A DNA stretch of 34,336 bases from Candidatus Scalinduaceae bacterium (GTDB lineage: Bacteria; Planctomycetota; Brocadiia; Brocadiales; Scalinduaceae): positions 1 to 34,336 of the forward strand of contig JBHICG010000034.1 of the NCBI GenBank assembly GCA_046759445.1, written 5' to 3'. A program made the position numbers and the translations under genes. Positions within the stretch are counted from its first letter, which is position 1. Every line of letters starts with the position of its first letter. Positions 1 to 10,600 of this stretch are shown here, in pieces. Under the pieces are notes generated by a model. The model was not told the DNA's origin and ran no database searches. It saw only the letters and a list, made by a program, of their open reading frames with translations.

Positions 1-417
1 GTCATGCTTTTCTATCTTTCTCTCAAGCTGACTCAACTTACGAGCAAGTTCTTTATGAGCAGATAGGATACCCTTTAACTTTACAAATGCACGCATAATA
101 GCTATGTTAACCTGTATAGCAGTTTCGCTATTAAGGACGCTAGAGAGCATTGCCACCCCTTGTTCTGTAAAAGCATAAAGTAAATATCTTCTCCCACCTC
201 TTTTTGAGGTGACAATTTGGCACCTCAAAAACTCATCTTTTGTCAACCGAAACATAAAATCTTTTGGGAATCTCTTAATGTTTCTACAAACCTGTCTTGT
301 TAAATGTTTTGTTTCAATACCGTACAGCTCTGCCAGATCATTATCCAACAATACTTTATATTCTCTGATCATTAATATTTTTTGTTGTATAATTTCTTGT
401 GAAACAATTTCTTTCAT
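1..417 (-). CDS. ORF6N domain-containing DNA-binding protein, 3' end runs off the window
   Basis: Not in ORF track; manual translation from ATG at 417: [59 protein letters not shown]...[46 protein letters not shown], RFPxDFMF and [14 protein letters not shown] are ORF6N signatures; frame open to base 1. Confidence 0.9.
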   Translation of the reverse strand, partial: MKEIVSQEIIQQKILMIREYKVLLDNDLAELYGIETKHLTRQVCRNIKRFPKDFMFRLTKDEFLRCQIVTSKRGGRRYLLYAFTEQGVAMLSSVLNSETAIQVNIAIMRAFVKLKGILSAHKELARKLSQLERKIEKHD

Positions 418-567
418 TCTTTCTTAGCCATTTCCAATTACCATTGTATTTCCTCATAAATTTTTAACGATCATTATTTGTTACTTGCCGAAGTAAAGGG
501 GGCAAAAGGTAAAAAGATGTGATTATTTTTATTTGTGATATTACAAGACCTGACCCTGTATTTTACA

Positions 568-594
568 TGTAGCCGAAGAAGGACTTGATCCCTC
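568..594 (-). other. tRNA 3'-end-like fragment (possible att-site remnant)
   Basis: Minus strand GAGGG-ATCAAGT-CCTTC-TTCGGCT-A-CA: 5-bp T-stem, 7-nt loop one base from TTCAAGT, 7-nt acceptor strand; no matching 5' half seen. Confidence 0.3.
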
Positions 595-663
595 TTCCCC
601 TCTCCGACCCCCTAACTTCACTGCTCGCCGTCTTGCTTGGCGGGTCTGTTCCTATCTAATTAG

Positions 664-930
664 TCAACCACGAACTTGGGTACATTCTTTACATAGGTCT
701 TTCCATTCATTTTCAATCCAAATGACGTCTTCAATCTCATGACACAAAATTTGTTTCCCACATCTAGAGCAAAACAAGTGTTTATCTAGTTTATGCTTGT
801 GCTTAAGGTGTTCAAGAGCTTTCTCTTTTTCGCTTTCAGTAAGTTCTTTTATGGTTGTTGAATATATCCGTCCTCTAACTGTCTTCTCGCAACCATAGCA
901 ACAAAAGTTTTTTTGCCAAATCAACTTCAT
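664..930 (-). CDS. Small hypothetical Cys-rich (putative zinc-binding) protein, 88 aa
   Basis: ORF with CYGC, CSRC and CKEC motifs; purine-rich AAGGAAAGGGA just upstream of ATG. Confidence 0.55.
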   Translation of the reverse strand: MKLIWQKNFCCYGCEKTVRGRIYSTTIKELTESEKEKALEHLKHKHKLDKHLFCSRCGKQILCHEIEDVIWIENEWKDLCKECTQVRG

Positions 931-1032
931 AATAATCCCTTTCCTTATAGAAAAAGGTATAGTTTTTTAGGTAGGAATGGATTGAATCATTTATTAATGT
1001 TAAATATTTGCTACCCTTTTTCCCCTAAGTGA

Positions 1033-2217
1033 TTAATTTTCAATTTTTTTACTGTACATTTCTATTATTTGTTGGCCTCGTACAATAAGGTCAGTGTACG
1101 TAAGTACCTCAATTCCATGAAGTGAATAATTAAGTTTTCTCAAAGCTTCTATTTTTTCTTCTTCCCAGTCTTTTTTTAGACCGATTAATATAAAAGCTCT
1201 CGGTTTTATGGAAAATATACCGCTAGTGAATTCCTCTTTGTATTTTCTTTGAATCTTTTGCTGTAATTCCAATTGATGTAATTCAATCTCATGTAAATAA
1301 TTAACCACCTGACCAATTGCTTCACTAGTTTTAGAGCTCCATTTAAAAGTTCCAGGGTGAGATTCATCACTTATTATTACATCGACAGTTGGAAGTTTAA
1401 TTTCTAGTATGTCAAGAAAACCATCTATGGTTGGAAACAAATAATCAGGTATACTATTAAATCCTACCCTTTGCTTTTCAATTGGTTTTTGATATTGTAT
1501 GCCAAAAAGCCAATTATTTGTGTAAATCCACTTTTGCCAAGAATTCGCACCTTTCGTCTCAGAATAATTCTTGTCTATTCTTTCACTTAATTCATCTAAT
1601 CTTTTTTGGAATATGGTAATATTTGACTGATTTTGTAATTGCTCAAAAGCTTCAATTTCTTTCTTTAATATCTTTTTCTTTTCCTTTAAATTTTTTACAA
1701 CTTCTGTCGTTTGCTTTATCAGTACTGTTTGGTTTTTTGATTTTTTGGAGAGATCTTTCACAACCCTAGGGAATTGCTTTTCTATCTTCTTCAGTTGTTT
1801 TTCAGTAATGTGAGTCTTGTCGTATTCAAAATCTTTTTTAAAATTTTCATTCAGAAAATATTTTGCCCCATCTAATCCGGTCTCTCTATATAAAGAATAG
1901 AATCTTCCAGAAGTTTTTCTTCTGTAATCTTCAAAATTGATATAGAATTTTTTACCAGCCCTTTTTGTACTTTCATGAGTGAATATTATTTCAGCCTCTT
2001 TATTCTTTGTTTTTATTGTTTCTACTAAGTGCTTGAAGCCTCTTAAGGCTCTTCCCTTTTTGAAGTTTGTAATCATATTTCCTTGTTGCGTTTTTCTTTT
2101 TTCTAGCACTTCATAAAGGTCTTTAGTGATTTTTATCTTTACGCCATCGTAATCACCTAGTGATTTGTTATTAACAGTAATTTGTTTAAGTTTGTTTGCC
2201 AACGTTAAGATACTCAA
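1033..2217 (-). CDS. sduA: Shedu-type anti-phage nuclease (SduA-like, DUF4263 C-terminal domain)
   Basis: C-terminal WQKWIYTNNWLFG, IPDYL, ILEIKLP, AIGQVVNY, RAFILIG, IEVLTYTDL match the DUF4263 PD-(D/E)xK-QxxxY pattern; Lys/Glu-rich coiled-coil-like linker; TTG start uncertain. Confidence 0.8.
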   Translation of the reverse strand: MSILTLANKLKQITVNNKSLGDYDGVKIKITKDLYEVLEKRKTQQGNMITNFKKGRALRGFKHLVETIKTKNKEAEIIFTHESTKRAGKKFYINFEDYRRKTSGRFYSLYRETGLDGAKYFLNENFKKDFEYDKTHITEKQLKKIEKQFPRVVKDLSKKSKNQTVLIKQTTEVVKNLKEKKKILKKEIEAFEQLQNQSNITIFQKRLDELSERIDKNYSETKGANSWQKWIYTNNWLFGIQYQKPIEKQRVGFNSIPDYLFPTIDGFLDILEIKLPTVDVIISDESHPGTFKWSSKTSEAIGQVVNYLHEIELHQLELQQKIQRKYKEEFTSGIFSIKPRAFILIGLKKDWEEEKIEALRKLNYSLHGIEVLTYTDLIVRGQQIIEMYSKKIEN

Positions 2218-2265
2218 ATGATTTCGTTAAAATTTCTAAACCTCAATTAGGGACAGGCATACCAA

Positions 2266-2297
2266 CCTGCCCGTACCGAATGGTAGTTTCGGGTGGG
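2266..2297. repeat. Short GC-rich palindromic interspersed element
   Basis: CCTGCCCG-TACCGAATGGTAGTTT-CGGGTGGG stem with G-T pairs in AT-rich DNA; related elements at about 19936-19959 and 20252-20271. Confidence 0.5.
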
Positions 2298-2380
2298 AAA
2301 ACTCGTCGGGATAAACACTATTTACTCTTTACTAATCGACACACTTATCATATTCTCTGAGATTCATTTTATTTCTTTCT

Positions 2381-4933
2381 TTAGTCATCAACTGGCTTAA
2401 TTCCCAACTGTCGGAATGTCTCCATGATCTTATCCTCGTAATCCTGTTCAGAAATATTTCCATCTCTTGCAGATAATTCTATCTCTAATGTTTCAAACTT
2501 GCTCTGCAACAAATTCATAACACCCATAAGGTTTGCTACTTTTCCTTTTGGTACTTGAAACTTCAGTATAACCTGATTTCTAGTTTTTACCTCGACAATC
2601 TGTTCTCTACCGCCATCATCTTCATTGATACCTCTTTCCTCTGATGTTGTTTCTTGTTCATACTTCTTTTCTACATCTTCCTTCTGTTTTTGTTCTAAGC
2701 ATACGGCCTCGCTGATTAGTACTTCGTTTCCAGTAAATGCCACAGATGGTTGTTCCTTAAAATAACGGCAAATAGGTTGGTCATTTTCCAATTCACCTAA
2801 CCCAAAAAGACCTTTTTGTACACCTTCTGATATTCCCTGTTCCAGCACTGATTTGCTATATATACGAGTTTCTCCAGGGGTTTTTAGTGATGCTTGATAT
2901 ATCTGTTCTGTGGAAACATAGCTTTTTTCTTTTAGATATTTTTCACGGATTACAATTGGTGGGATCTTTTCTAAAATTTCCGCATCCGTTCGTAAAATAT
3001 CGTAGACCTCATAGTCTAGCTTCTTTTGTTCTCCGTAAGTTGGAATGCTCAGATCAACCGTTTTTACGCCGCCTTTATCCGGTGTAGCAACAATACGGTA
3101 TAAACGTCGAATAGCTTCTTTCAATTCTGATTTGATTTTATCAAGTTCACGCTTCAATTCCTTTTTTTGCTCATCTGCCAGTCTAAGATTTTTATCTTGA
3201 ATGATATTCTCATAAGCCAATTTACGTTTCAGTGTGGTTGAAAACCCATGTCTTTCTGATTCCAGCGGGTAAAGAAAAAAAATAGTATTTCGGTAAACAC
3301 GAGGAGTTTGGCCCTTTGTGCTCATAACTTTGTTTATTATTTCGCTGTTTTCTTGCTTTAGAATCAAAAGTTTTAATTTTTCAGAATCGGGCATATTACC
3401 CGAGTTCTCCTGCCAGATAAATACATCTAATTTGTCTCCTTTTATACTCTCTTTTAAAAGGTCATTTTCTAAAGATACAAGGTCATCATCTTTCACATTT
3501 TCCATCTTGGTAAGTAAAATTAGGTTTATATTAGGCTGGTTGCTAAAAAAATATTTATTTTCTGGATTTTGAAGGTAAAAGAGTTTGTTTCTTAGTTGTT
3601 CCATAGCTTCAGAGATTATGCTAGAAGGATTACCAACCGTTGTTGCTGAAAGTTTGATCTCTTCAGTAGAGGCACCATGTTCTAGTCCTCCTGAAAAGGA
3701 ATAAAGGAAAATAGTGGTAGCAGTGCGTGTACCTAAATTCAATCCCTGGTAGGCATCACCAAGGGAAGTATCCACCTTTTTAGAACCTGAGTTACGATCA
3801 CTGAGATCAGATGCAATGATACCGTTAAATTCAGCTCCAATATGTCTAATCAATTCCTGACGAATCTCCTGATTGCCTAAGTCAAAATCGGCAAGACTAA
3901 TGTAAGGTATATTAGTTTCCTTCAATGAATGAATAACCAGGGAGAGAAATCGTAAAACACCTCTGGTACGTTGGAAATTTGGGAAACTCCCCCAACGATG
4001 GTACAGAATATTCACAACCTCAGGCATAAATGGATATGAGTCCACAAACATATCCCTATATTCACTGCTCTCCATTATATTTGGAAGAATATCTTCTTTT
4101 TCAGCATATTTCATAAATGATGTTATAACCTTTTTTGCATTTCTTTCATTCACATCACTAAATAATCGTCTTTTGATTATACGCGTGATTTCTTCATCAT
4201 TTATTGGGGTTTTAATAATCTCCCTACGTGCAGTGATGTTCTGCAATTGTAAAACAATTTCTTCTCCTCTCTGGCTTCTATCATAGGGATTACTTGGTGT
4301 CGTTGTGTAAACCATAGATAAACCAGGAATTTGGCTGACCACGTTTGTAAGGGTTTGTAAAAAAGTTAGGGTTAATGTGGTTAGTGATTTACGTCCTACA
4401 TTAATTGCATCGGCATTATTCAAATAAGGTATTAATTCATCTACTAAAATCAATGTAGGGACATGTTTTTCCAGCAATGTCCTTATCTGATCTCCACCAG
4501 GTGGAATAGGAGAATCAAATTCTTTTTTACTACCTGTAAGCTGTTCCTCCATTATTCCCCATAGCGTATCAAACAGCTCAGCCTTACTTCCTGTTTTTAA
4601 CTTTTCACCAACAATAACTACAGGTTTAGTGTTCCATTCTGTTGCCTTGTGATACATTGCAATTAATGAATGGGTTTTTCCTCCACCAAAAGGGGTTTGA
4701 AGTTGAATTACCGGATCTCCGCCCTTCCCTTTTAGTCGTTTTTCAACTGTACCCAAAAGATTTTCAAGACCCTGTGTTAAATAGGTCTTACGGAAAAAGA
4801 AGTCTAAATCCTTGTACTCGTCTGGGCCACGACCATGGTATACATCCCACAGATCAGCGGCAAATACATCCATTGTAAGCCTACCTTCTAAAATGTCTTT
4901 GTGTGGAACCGAAATAGTATGAAATGCTTTCAT
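2381..4933 (-). CDS. DUF499 family P-loop ATPase (BrxC/PglY-related)
   Basis: N-terminal PHKDIL..G...DVFAADL, FFRKTYLTQGL, Walker A QTPFGGGKTHSL, Walker B LILVDEL, YPFMPE, FQRTRGVLR; ATG overlaps upstream stop (ATGA). Confidence 0.9.
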   Translation of the reverse strand: MKAFHTISVPHKDILEGRLTMDVFAADLWDVYHGRGPDEYKDLDFFFRKTYLTQGLENLLGTVEKRLKGKGGDPVIQLQTPFGGGKTHSLIAMYHKATEWNTKPVVIVGEKLKTGSKAELFDTLWGIMEEQLTGSKKEFDSPIPPGGDQIRTLLEKHVPTLILVDELIPYLNNADAINVGRKSLTTLTLTFLQTLTNVVSQIPGLSMVYTTTPSNPYDRSQRGEEIVLQLQNITARREIIKTPINDEEITRIIKRRLFSDVNERNAKKVITSFMKYAEKEDILPNIMESSEYRDMFVDSYPFMPEVVNILYHRWGSFPNFQRTRGVLRFLSLVIHSLKETNIPYISLADFDLGNQEIRQELIRHIGAEFNGIIASDLSDRNSGSKKVDTSLGDAYQGLNLGTRTATTIFLYSFSGGLEHGASTEEIKLSATTVGNPSSIISEAMEQLRNKLFYLQNPENKYFFSNQPNINLILLTKMENVKDDDLVSLENDLLKESIKGDKLDVFIWQENSGNMPDSEKLKLLILKQENSEIINKVMSTKGQTPRVYRNTIFFLYPLESERHGFSTTLKRKLAYENIIQDKNLRLADEQKKELKRELDKIKSELKEAIRRLYRIVATPDKGGVKTVDLSIPTYGEQKKLDYEVYDILRTDAEILEKIPPIVIREKYLKEKSYVSTEQIYQASLKTPGETRIYSKSVLEQGISEGVQKGLFGLGELENDQPICRYFKEQPSVAFTGNEVLISEAVCLEQKQKEDVEKKYEQETTSEERGINEDDGGREQIVEVKTRNQVILKFQVPKGKVANLMGVMNLLQSKFETLEIELSARDGNISEQDYEDKIMETFRQLGIKPVDD

Positions 4934-7635
4934 AAAGAGAACCTCTTTTGTTCTGGTTTTTCTCTCGTTTCTTCTTTTAATCTATCTTTTCCGGTTAAAA
5001 ACCCATCTAATAGTTTCTTTTCTTTACTATCATTAGGCAAGGTTTCAGAAATTGCTTGGGCAACACGGAAGAAGGCTTCATTCTGACCATAGCCAGTGTC
5101 ATTAAGTATTTTTATTATCTCATCACGACGGCTCTTTTCCCAAAGTAGAAGTACCTGATGTAGCACATCAAGAATATCATGTGAATTTTTTAATTCATTC
5201 ATAATTCGATCTTGTGGGCCTAACACACGGATGAATTCTTTTTCCTTTTTGATGAATCCATTTTTGTCCCACTCTTGCGCAAGGTCGATGGCACAACTGG
5301 CTGCCAGTTTGCGGGCCTCGTCAAAATGTACTTTCGCAGCGCCATATTCCCATCTCCATAACACATAAAAGCGAGTAAGGCCAGAAATGTCTCCAGCAAA
5401 GCCGTTGTGGAGAATTTGCCTTACCGCATAGTTAGTTGAAATTTTACGTACATCCGCCAGCAACCTATCTGCCCTCACTATGTTGCCCTCATAATCCAGC
5501 ACTTTTTCGTATTTACCGAATACCTCAATGGCAGAACCGATTGCGGCAATAAAAAAGTCTGCTCCACCAATGCCCTCTTTCCACAATTGTTCTAGTTTGT
5601 CATTCAAATATTTTTCTAAACCCTGCTTAACCTCATTATAAAATCCGGTAGGTTGACGTTTCATTTTGCGGGCAACGATGTAGATGGAGGAGGCGAGGGC
5701 GGCAGTTTCGTTTGCATTTAATCTCGCACTCATTTCAGTATGGATAGGCCACGCTCCGGTCATCACAAGACCAGAATCAAGTAGTGAGTTTATAAGGGTT
5801 TCCCATCCCTCAGTTGATTTATGTGCATAAACTATAGTAGCAAGGCCATTGTGCCTTAATACCCGATGGATCTCCCCAAAAGCCTTCTTTAACATATCTT
5901 CGAAAAATTTGTTTGCTTTATCTTTTCCACCTTGTCTTGTCGAATTTACAACTATTTCACTTGACTTTGGAGATAATGGTGTTGAAAATAGTTCAGGATA
6001 TAATTCTCCTATTGTTCTTTTTAGCCAGACATAAAAGAAATCAGATAGTTCTGCGTAATTAACATTGTCATAATAAGGAGGGTCTGTGAAAACCGCATCA
6101 AAAAAATTGTCTGGGAATGAAAGACAAGTTACTGACATTTGTGATACACTGGCAGAACAGTAAAAATTCTCCAAATTTCCAAATGGCTCTATAACAGCGT
6201 TCACACAACTATCCCACCCAGTGCTAATCTTTCCTATAGTATTTACTTCAAAATAATCAGTTACCATTGGTAGCGCATTTCTTCCACTAAATGCAGGGAT
6301 ATTCTGTTCTGTACCACTTTTCCATCTGCAAAAAGATGTAGAAAATGAAGCTAATCGGTCTAATACAAACCCCAAGTAAGTCATTATAATTTTTGAGTAT
6401 TCATCATCATTTAATTTATCTGGAATTTTTCGGATTTTATTTACAAATGTTATAAGAGCTAACGTTTGCCTCGAATTAAAGAGCTCACCCCATATACTAA
6501 ATCCATATCCTCTTCCTGCTACAGTTGTAGGATCTTCAGTATTCATTGGTTCATCGGGGAGAGGTTGCATGCCTAAATCGAGCATGAATTTTGCTTTTTG
6601 TTCTTCTAAATATTTTTTTGCCTCTTGATAAACTAAAACATCTCTTTTGTCTGGGATTCTATATCTTTTTCCTCTTTTACCCTTTTTGCTTAATACAACA
6701 GCTACTAGCCTTTGACCTATCTTCTTCTCTTGAAAAAGTTTTTTTGTTGTATCATCATCAACTACCGAACCACAGACAAGGCATGTTGCCACTGTTCTCT
6801 TTATGGTTCCCTTTTCAGGATCAAAGTCTTTTAGTATTTTTTTGTAGCCATCACCGACTATTCTGAATTTTAACACCTTCTTATCTATATAAGGGTAAAG
6901 AGTAACTTTCTTTTTTGCCCGTTTGGCCAGCCAGAATTGTCTCATCAAAGGTATCTCTGCCCCACAGGAAGGGTTCTGACAGGGTATTGTTCTTGCCCAG
7001 ATATAGCCAACCGGAATTGAACCGTCTTCGTCTTCAGGATAAAATCGACCTATCTCTTTTTTAGCTTTTTCAAGAACCCAGTTGCCCCATTTCTTAACAT
7101 CCTCAAGAAGTATATTTTCAACTTTTACCTTTCGTTTTACCTTTTTCCCAAATTCCTCAAACTCCCTCTCAATTTCTCCTGGTTTTCCATACTTCTGTGG
7201 ATACTCTAATGTGCATTTCTGGATCAGGACAGCAACGGGGTTGTAATCATTAGAATAGACCTCGCAGCCAAGACGAAGGGCTTCAAGTGGGATTGCTCCA
7301 CCGCCGCCGAAGGGGTCAAGGACTTTCGGTGGCTTGCCTCCGTTTGCCTTTAGAATGTCTCTTCTTGCCTTATCTATTAAGTCTTGTCTTAAAGAATTTT
7401 CCCACTTGCACAGGTCAATAATAAATTGTCTTTTCTTATCCCATTCATCAATGTTTTCGGACGCAGGTATCAGGGCAGCATAGTTGGTTGCCCTTGAGGA
7501 TGCAAGAGGACGCCGTGCCCACCACATATGCAAAGTAGAAATATGACCATGGCGGATGTTTTTTTCTCTTGCTGACTCTTGACTAACTTCTTTTACTGGA
7601 AATGATTCCTCTATAAAACGTTTGTTAGACTTCAA
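4930..7635 (-). CDS. DUF1156 family DNA amino-methyltransferase (probably N6-adenine) with zinc-ribbon insert
   Basis: FIEESFPV, LHMWWARRPLA (DUF1156), motif I DPFGGGGAIPLEA, CQNPSC...CLVC, motif IV TDPPYY; start reassigned to TTG at 7635 with AAGGAG 9 nt upstream. Confidence 0.9.
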   Translation of the reverse strand: MKSNKRFIEESFPVKEVSQESAREKNIRHGHISTLHMWWARRPLASSRATNYAALIPASENIDEWDKKRQFIIDLCKWENSLRQDLIDKARRDILKANGGKPPKVLDPFGGGGAIPLEALRLGCEVYSNDYNPVAVLIQKCTLEYPQKYGKPGEIEREFEEFGKKVKRKVKVENILLEDVKKWGNWVLEKAKKEIGRFYPEDEDGSIPVGYIWARTIPCQNPSCGAEIPLMRQFWLAKRAKKKVTLYPYIDKKVLKFRIVGDGYKKILKDFDPEKGTIKRTVATCLVCGSVVDDDTTKKLFQEKKIGQRLVAVVLSKKGKRGKRYRIPDKRDVLVYQEAKKYLEEQKAKFMLDLGMQPLPDEPMNTEDPTTVAGRGYGFSIWGELFNSRQTLALITFVNKIRKIPDKLNDDEYSKIIMTYLGFVLDRLASFSTSFCRWKSGTEQNIPAFSGRNALPMVTDYFEVNTIGKISTGWDSCVNAVIEPFGNLENFYCSASVSQMSVTCLSFPDNFFDAVFTDPPYYDNVNYAELSDFFYVWLKRTIGELYPELFSTPLSPKSSEIVVNSTRQGGKDKANKFFEDMLKKAFGEIHRVLRHNGLATIVYAHKSTEGWETLINSLLDSGLVMTGAWPIHTEMSARLNANETAALASSIYIVARKMKRQPTGFYNEVKQGLEKYLNDKLEQLWKEGIGGADFFIAAIGSAIEVFGKYEKVLDYEGNIVRADRLLADVRKISTNYAVRQILHNGFAGDISGLTRFYVLWRWEYGAAKVHFDEARKLAASCAIDLAQEWDKNGFIKKEKEFIRVLGPQDRIMNELKNSHDILDVLHQVLLLWEKSRRDEIIKILNDTGYGQNEAFFRVAQAISETLPNDSKEKKLLDGFLTGKDRLKEETREKPEQKRFSL

Positions 7636-10600
7636 TTGTATGTTCTCCTTTTGTTGTGATTTCGTTGAGTGACACAACATATCGTACTACTTCTACCTTT
7701 TCTTCTGGTTCTAAGTTTTCTGCTGGATTTTGAACAATATAAAGTCGAGGCTCTGTCGCAGCGTTCATAACAGCATATAAATAATATTCATCCTTAAACC
7801 GTTTTGCTTTGAACCACTCATTTTGAGTTAAAGCAATTGCACCTGTTTGCACACGAGCTTTAACCTCGATATACCTGACTAGACCGTTTTGATCTGTTGA
7901 ACGTATGTCAAATCCAAGGTTTTCAGAAGAAACGTCTTCTGGTATTCGACTGTTGTCTTTTTCATATTCAATTGATACTTTCATCCCGATGAGTTCAATT
8001 TCTTCATTGCTTTGCATTGCCGGGTTCACTGCCTCTGTAGGCTGTACCTGAATTATGCCTACAAATCTAGGCATACTCATCGTCAGACTCTGTTCTTTTT
8101 TAATCTGATCTTTCAATACTTCCCGTGCTCTTTCATACTCTGATTTTCGTTCTTCCTTGTTTCGAATTGCCAGATCAACATTTTCACCTTTTTCTTTTCT
8201 GGTGTATAGCGAAATTAAATCTCCGTCTAACCTAATAATGAGGTGTTCCAAAGATTTAACACCATATTTTTGTTTAATTGCTGCCTGACGGCCACGTTCT
8301 TTTAACAACTCAGCCTTATAGGTTTCCAATTTTGAAATGATTGTATTAAATGTTTCCCTTTTGAGTTCTTCAATATTAACATTGCTATTTTTACCTGTGT
8401 TCGCTTCTTCCAAATCCCAGACGATAGATGGAGAAACCGAGTTTACTGTTTCTTTATTCACGTAGAAACTAAACAGTCTTTTGCCGGCCACTTCTCCGGT
8501 ACCATCCTTTATCTCACCTTCATAAAAAAGAATGTGGCCATTAAGTTTTCCGTCAGGATCAATAAACGTTGATCCATTCAGAAGAGATTCAGTAAAATTG
8601 GATTCAACCCAAACCATAACAGATTCAAAGAGAGCATGTCCAAATGTTATGAACTCAACGTCAGGATTTTTAAAAGCAACATCTTTATCAAATGTGCTTC
8701 GGGGATATTTTTTCAATAATTCGCCAAAGGATTTTTTAAATGAATCGTCATTAGCAATTTTGCGAATCTGGAACGGAATCGTATCTATGGCCAACAATCC
8801 ATCTTTTAATTCACGGAATTTTCCACCTGCTTTGGCAAAGGCTTTTTTGAAAAAACTTTCAGTATATTCAGGTATCAAGCGGTGTTCTCTTGCTTGTTGT
8901 GCCATCTCCTTTATCCGAGTGTAATCAATAAACCTCGTTGCAAGTGTTTCACCTAAATTCTCTTTGACCTGTGCAATATAGTCATCATCAACTGTAATTT
9001 CAATGTCCTCGAGTATATCATCTATATTTCTGGCATTGGCAGCGGCTTCCATCAATAGTTGAGATAGATTCTTATTGTATAGCACTTCACTTAAAACATC
9101 GAAGACCTTATCACTACCCATTGCTCCACGGATCTCATCCAGTTTCTCGAAAAGTCTTTTTAATACTTTACCTTCACGGCTATCGACGGCGACCAAATTG
9201 AACACGTAAACTTCTTTTTGCTGCCCGTAGCGATGAATGCGCCCCATACGTTGTTCCAAACGATTAGGGTTCCAAGGAATGTCGTAATTGATCATCAAGT
9301 GACAGAATTGAAGGTTGATTCCCTCACCGGCAGCCTCCGTAGCTACTAATATATCAGTATCGTTTTTAAAAATCTTTTCAGCCGTTACCCGTTCATCTAA
9401 TTTCATCCCACCGTGAATGGTATTGGTATGGTATCCCCAAGACTTAATTTTCTTTTCCAAATACTCCAACGTATCCCTGGATTCGGTAAATACTAAGACT
9501 TTTTTATCTTTTGTTTCAGAAAATATTTTGGTTAATTTTTCTAGTGATTTTTTGAGTTCATTCAGTTTGATCTCTTCTTCATTTTGGATAATATCTTTTG
9601 CCTTTTCTATCAATCCTTTAATTGTCTGTATTTCTCTTTCCAATTCTTCTCTGTTTTCAGCCACACTCAAAGTTTCCCAGATTTCTTCCTCTTTCCAGCG
9701 CTCCTCTTCACTCATATCTTCAACAGTATCAAAATCGAAAACGTTATCTGGAATTCTGCCCTTTTCTTGTACACCCTTAAGCAATTCTTCTAAACGTTTT
9801 TTACGTCTCTCCAGAGACTTCCATAGTGCGTAAGTGCTGGAGGCTAGACGACGTTGGAGAATAACCAAAGCAAAAGCAACGTTACGCCTTTTATCTTTTG
9901 TTAGGGCTTTATTATACTGGTTTTCTACATACTTTGAGAGTTCGTTATAGAGTTTTTGCTCATTTGGTGAATTACTCCTCCAGCGAAAACCAATTGTTTT
10001 TACGTAACGTGGAAGAAAAAGAGGTTTTCCATCAAAATCTTTCATATCCTCCTTAATGCGTCTAATGAAAAGCGGATTGTCCTTATTTTCAATGGAATCT
10101 TGAAACAACTCATTGGTGGCAAAGAAACCTGGGTCTAAAAGGTCTAAGAAAAGACGGAAGTTATTTGGATCACCCTTATGAGGTGTAGCAGTTAGGAATA
10201 ATATATGTTCTGTTTTACTTGATAGTATCTCCCCCAACTTATAACGTATGGTTTTATTCACTTTATCACCATATTGATATGCACTCATTTTATGCGCTTC
10301 ATCTACAATTATCAGATCAAATTCGGCACTGGAGATGGAAGGTAATACATCATCTCTTTTAGCAAAATCAATGGAAGTGATAACTTGATTTTCTCGTAAC
10401 CAAATATTCTCACCATAAAGAGCATCCAATAAACCTCTACCAATAGGAAGGAATTTTTCTTCAAAGCGATCCTTCAATTCTCTTCGCCACTGGTCTTTGA
10501 GGTGTCCAGGAGCAACAATTAAAATTCTTTTTGCAAGATTGCGAAGTTTTAACTCTTTAATTATCAACCCTGCCATAATTGTTTTTCCTGCACCAGGATC

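Noticed and set aside
209..427. 72-aa plus-strand ORF
   Set aside because: Antisense shadow of the ORF6N gene
7636..7680. 15-aa N-terminal extension of the methyltransferase in the ORF track
   Set aside because: Overlaps the helicase by 56 bp; TTG at 7635 has a well-spaced AAGGAG and precedes the conserved FIEESFP
2887..9833. Short plus-strand ORFs inside the ATPase, methyltransferase and helicase genes
   Set aside because: Antisense shadows of long motif-bearing genes; no recognisable features
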